The notes beneath the pieces are model-generated. The model worked only from the letters and a program-made list of their open reading frames with translations, did not search any database and had not been told where the DNA came from. This document shows positions 62,834 to 64,000 of a stretch of DNA of 64,000 bases, piece by piece. The position numbers and the translations under genes were made by a program. Origin of the DNA: Haplodiscus bocki (taxonomy: Eukaryota); NCBI GenBank assembly GCA_965655095.1, contig OZ296657.1:33790001-33854000 (forward strand). Direction: 5' to 3'. Position 1 is the first letter of the stretch. The number at the start of each line of letters is the position of its first letter.

Positions 62834-62967
62834 GACAAATTTTCCGGTAAACTGCCGATATTTTACCGGATAAGAACCAAACTTGCGGCTAATAGTAACC
62901 GCTGTTACCGCTCGAATACCGGAAACTTTCAGCCAAAATTTTGACCCAGGTAACGGAAAATTTGGAC
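62834..62967. mobile_element. Small MITE-like inverted repeat element
   Basis: aaattttccggtaaactg ... caggtaacggaaaattt. Confidence 0.5.
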
Positions 62968-64000
62968 ATAAGTGTTCGAATATGCTTCCTATAATCTGCT
63001 TCTGAGATTCAATTCATAAATGACGCGACGAAGTTAACGAAATGCGACGCTGGCTCTTGGATCAAAATTGTGGATACTGCTGACTTTGAACAACGTCTCT
63101 GGTATACTTTGGTGTAGCAAAGATCAATAATTTAGGAACATCAAAGAACAATCTGGCTGCCACAACCTAGTTGAATCTCCTTTCTTATCGTAACTTTTGT
63201 AAGCAGGCAAATTGGTACACATTGGCCCAGCTATCATATATTGTCGGACGACGTTTCGGCAGTGACTAAAACTGCGCCGGTACTCGTAGTTGGGTTAATA
63301 GTTTCATTGTTTTGGATGCACACGAGTGCACCAGTTCTGTCAAATCAAACAGTTGCTGACGGATTGGGGCACAGAGTGTCTTAATTCTTTTTTCAACTTG
63401 CTCTTTCGTAACTTGTGTTTTCATGTTCACTTTTGGAACCTTTTTAGACTAGGGTCGGTTTGGACTTCTCCCTAAGTTGCTATTTTGCTCCAATGGTTGT
63501 CTAAGTTTCACCGTTTCTCAAGGTTTTGGGAACAGACAAAACTTGCATACAAGTCTTGAAGACTCGATTATGATGATATTGGATGGAAAATTCGTCGAAA
63601 AAATTATCGCTTACAGCGACACGCAAAATGTCGACATAGAGTTAGCTATACTGCGCGTTAGCAAATTGGAGTCAATTACTCAACTGCTTGGGTCAAAATT
63701 AGTTGTTGGTCGGCGGATTTGCGTGATCACGTGGCAGATGGTAAGACGCAGTTCTTACCACTGGAAAGTGCTCATTGGCTCGAGTGCAAATATGATAAAT
63801 AACCAAGTGAAGTGCGAACGCAAACCCACCACTAGAGGCAATGATTCTTACCATGATCTGCAATTTTAACCCAATCTTTCTGAATAAAATAAATATGGCG
63901 GCAAAAGGCTAAGATTCAACTTTATTCTATGAAATTGCAATGTTCTCATATTTTTGTAGCTGCAACCTTTATCTCATGAAAAGGGAGTCTTTTCTGGGTA

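Noticed and set aside
61930-63870. Coding-like decayed sequence at the window end
   Set aside because: No motif could be recognised in any frame.

Overview
AT-rich, transposon-dense eukaryotic (animal-like) DNA with spliceosomal introns. From left to right: (1) a decayed Polinton/Maverick (adintovirus-like) element, 1-12130, with capsid, adenain-type protease, HNH nuclease, integrase and protein-primed PolB remnants, its PolB cleanly interrupted by a Helentron/DINE-1-type non-autonomous element; (2) an ancient Ty3/Gypsy relic, ~15350-20080; (3) four in-phase exons of a host zf-CW + PWWP gene (ZCWPW1/2-like) on the minus strand, 20464-24760; (4) MITEs, solo LTRs and minisatellites; (5) the most notable feature, a fairly young ~12-kb enveloped Ty3/Gypsy (endogenous retrovirus-like) element starting at 36243, followed by a tandem partial copy ending at 50965; (6) a decayed CR1/L2-group LINE, 52352-56870 (-); (7) a second, cargo-carrying Helentron-family element, 58151-61910. 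The enveloped element has gag, a -1 frameshifted pol containing a TARG1/OARD1-type macrodomain between protease and RT, a chuvirus-like (class III) envelope glycoprotein, and two 3' accessory ORFs coupled by TGATG. The last of these encodes a PAM2-like motif, a coiled coil and a RING-less TRAF MATH domain. The element therefore appears to carry a candidate innate-immunity countermeasure kit. All family assignments come from motif recognition by eye; no searches were run.
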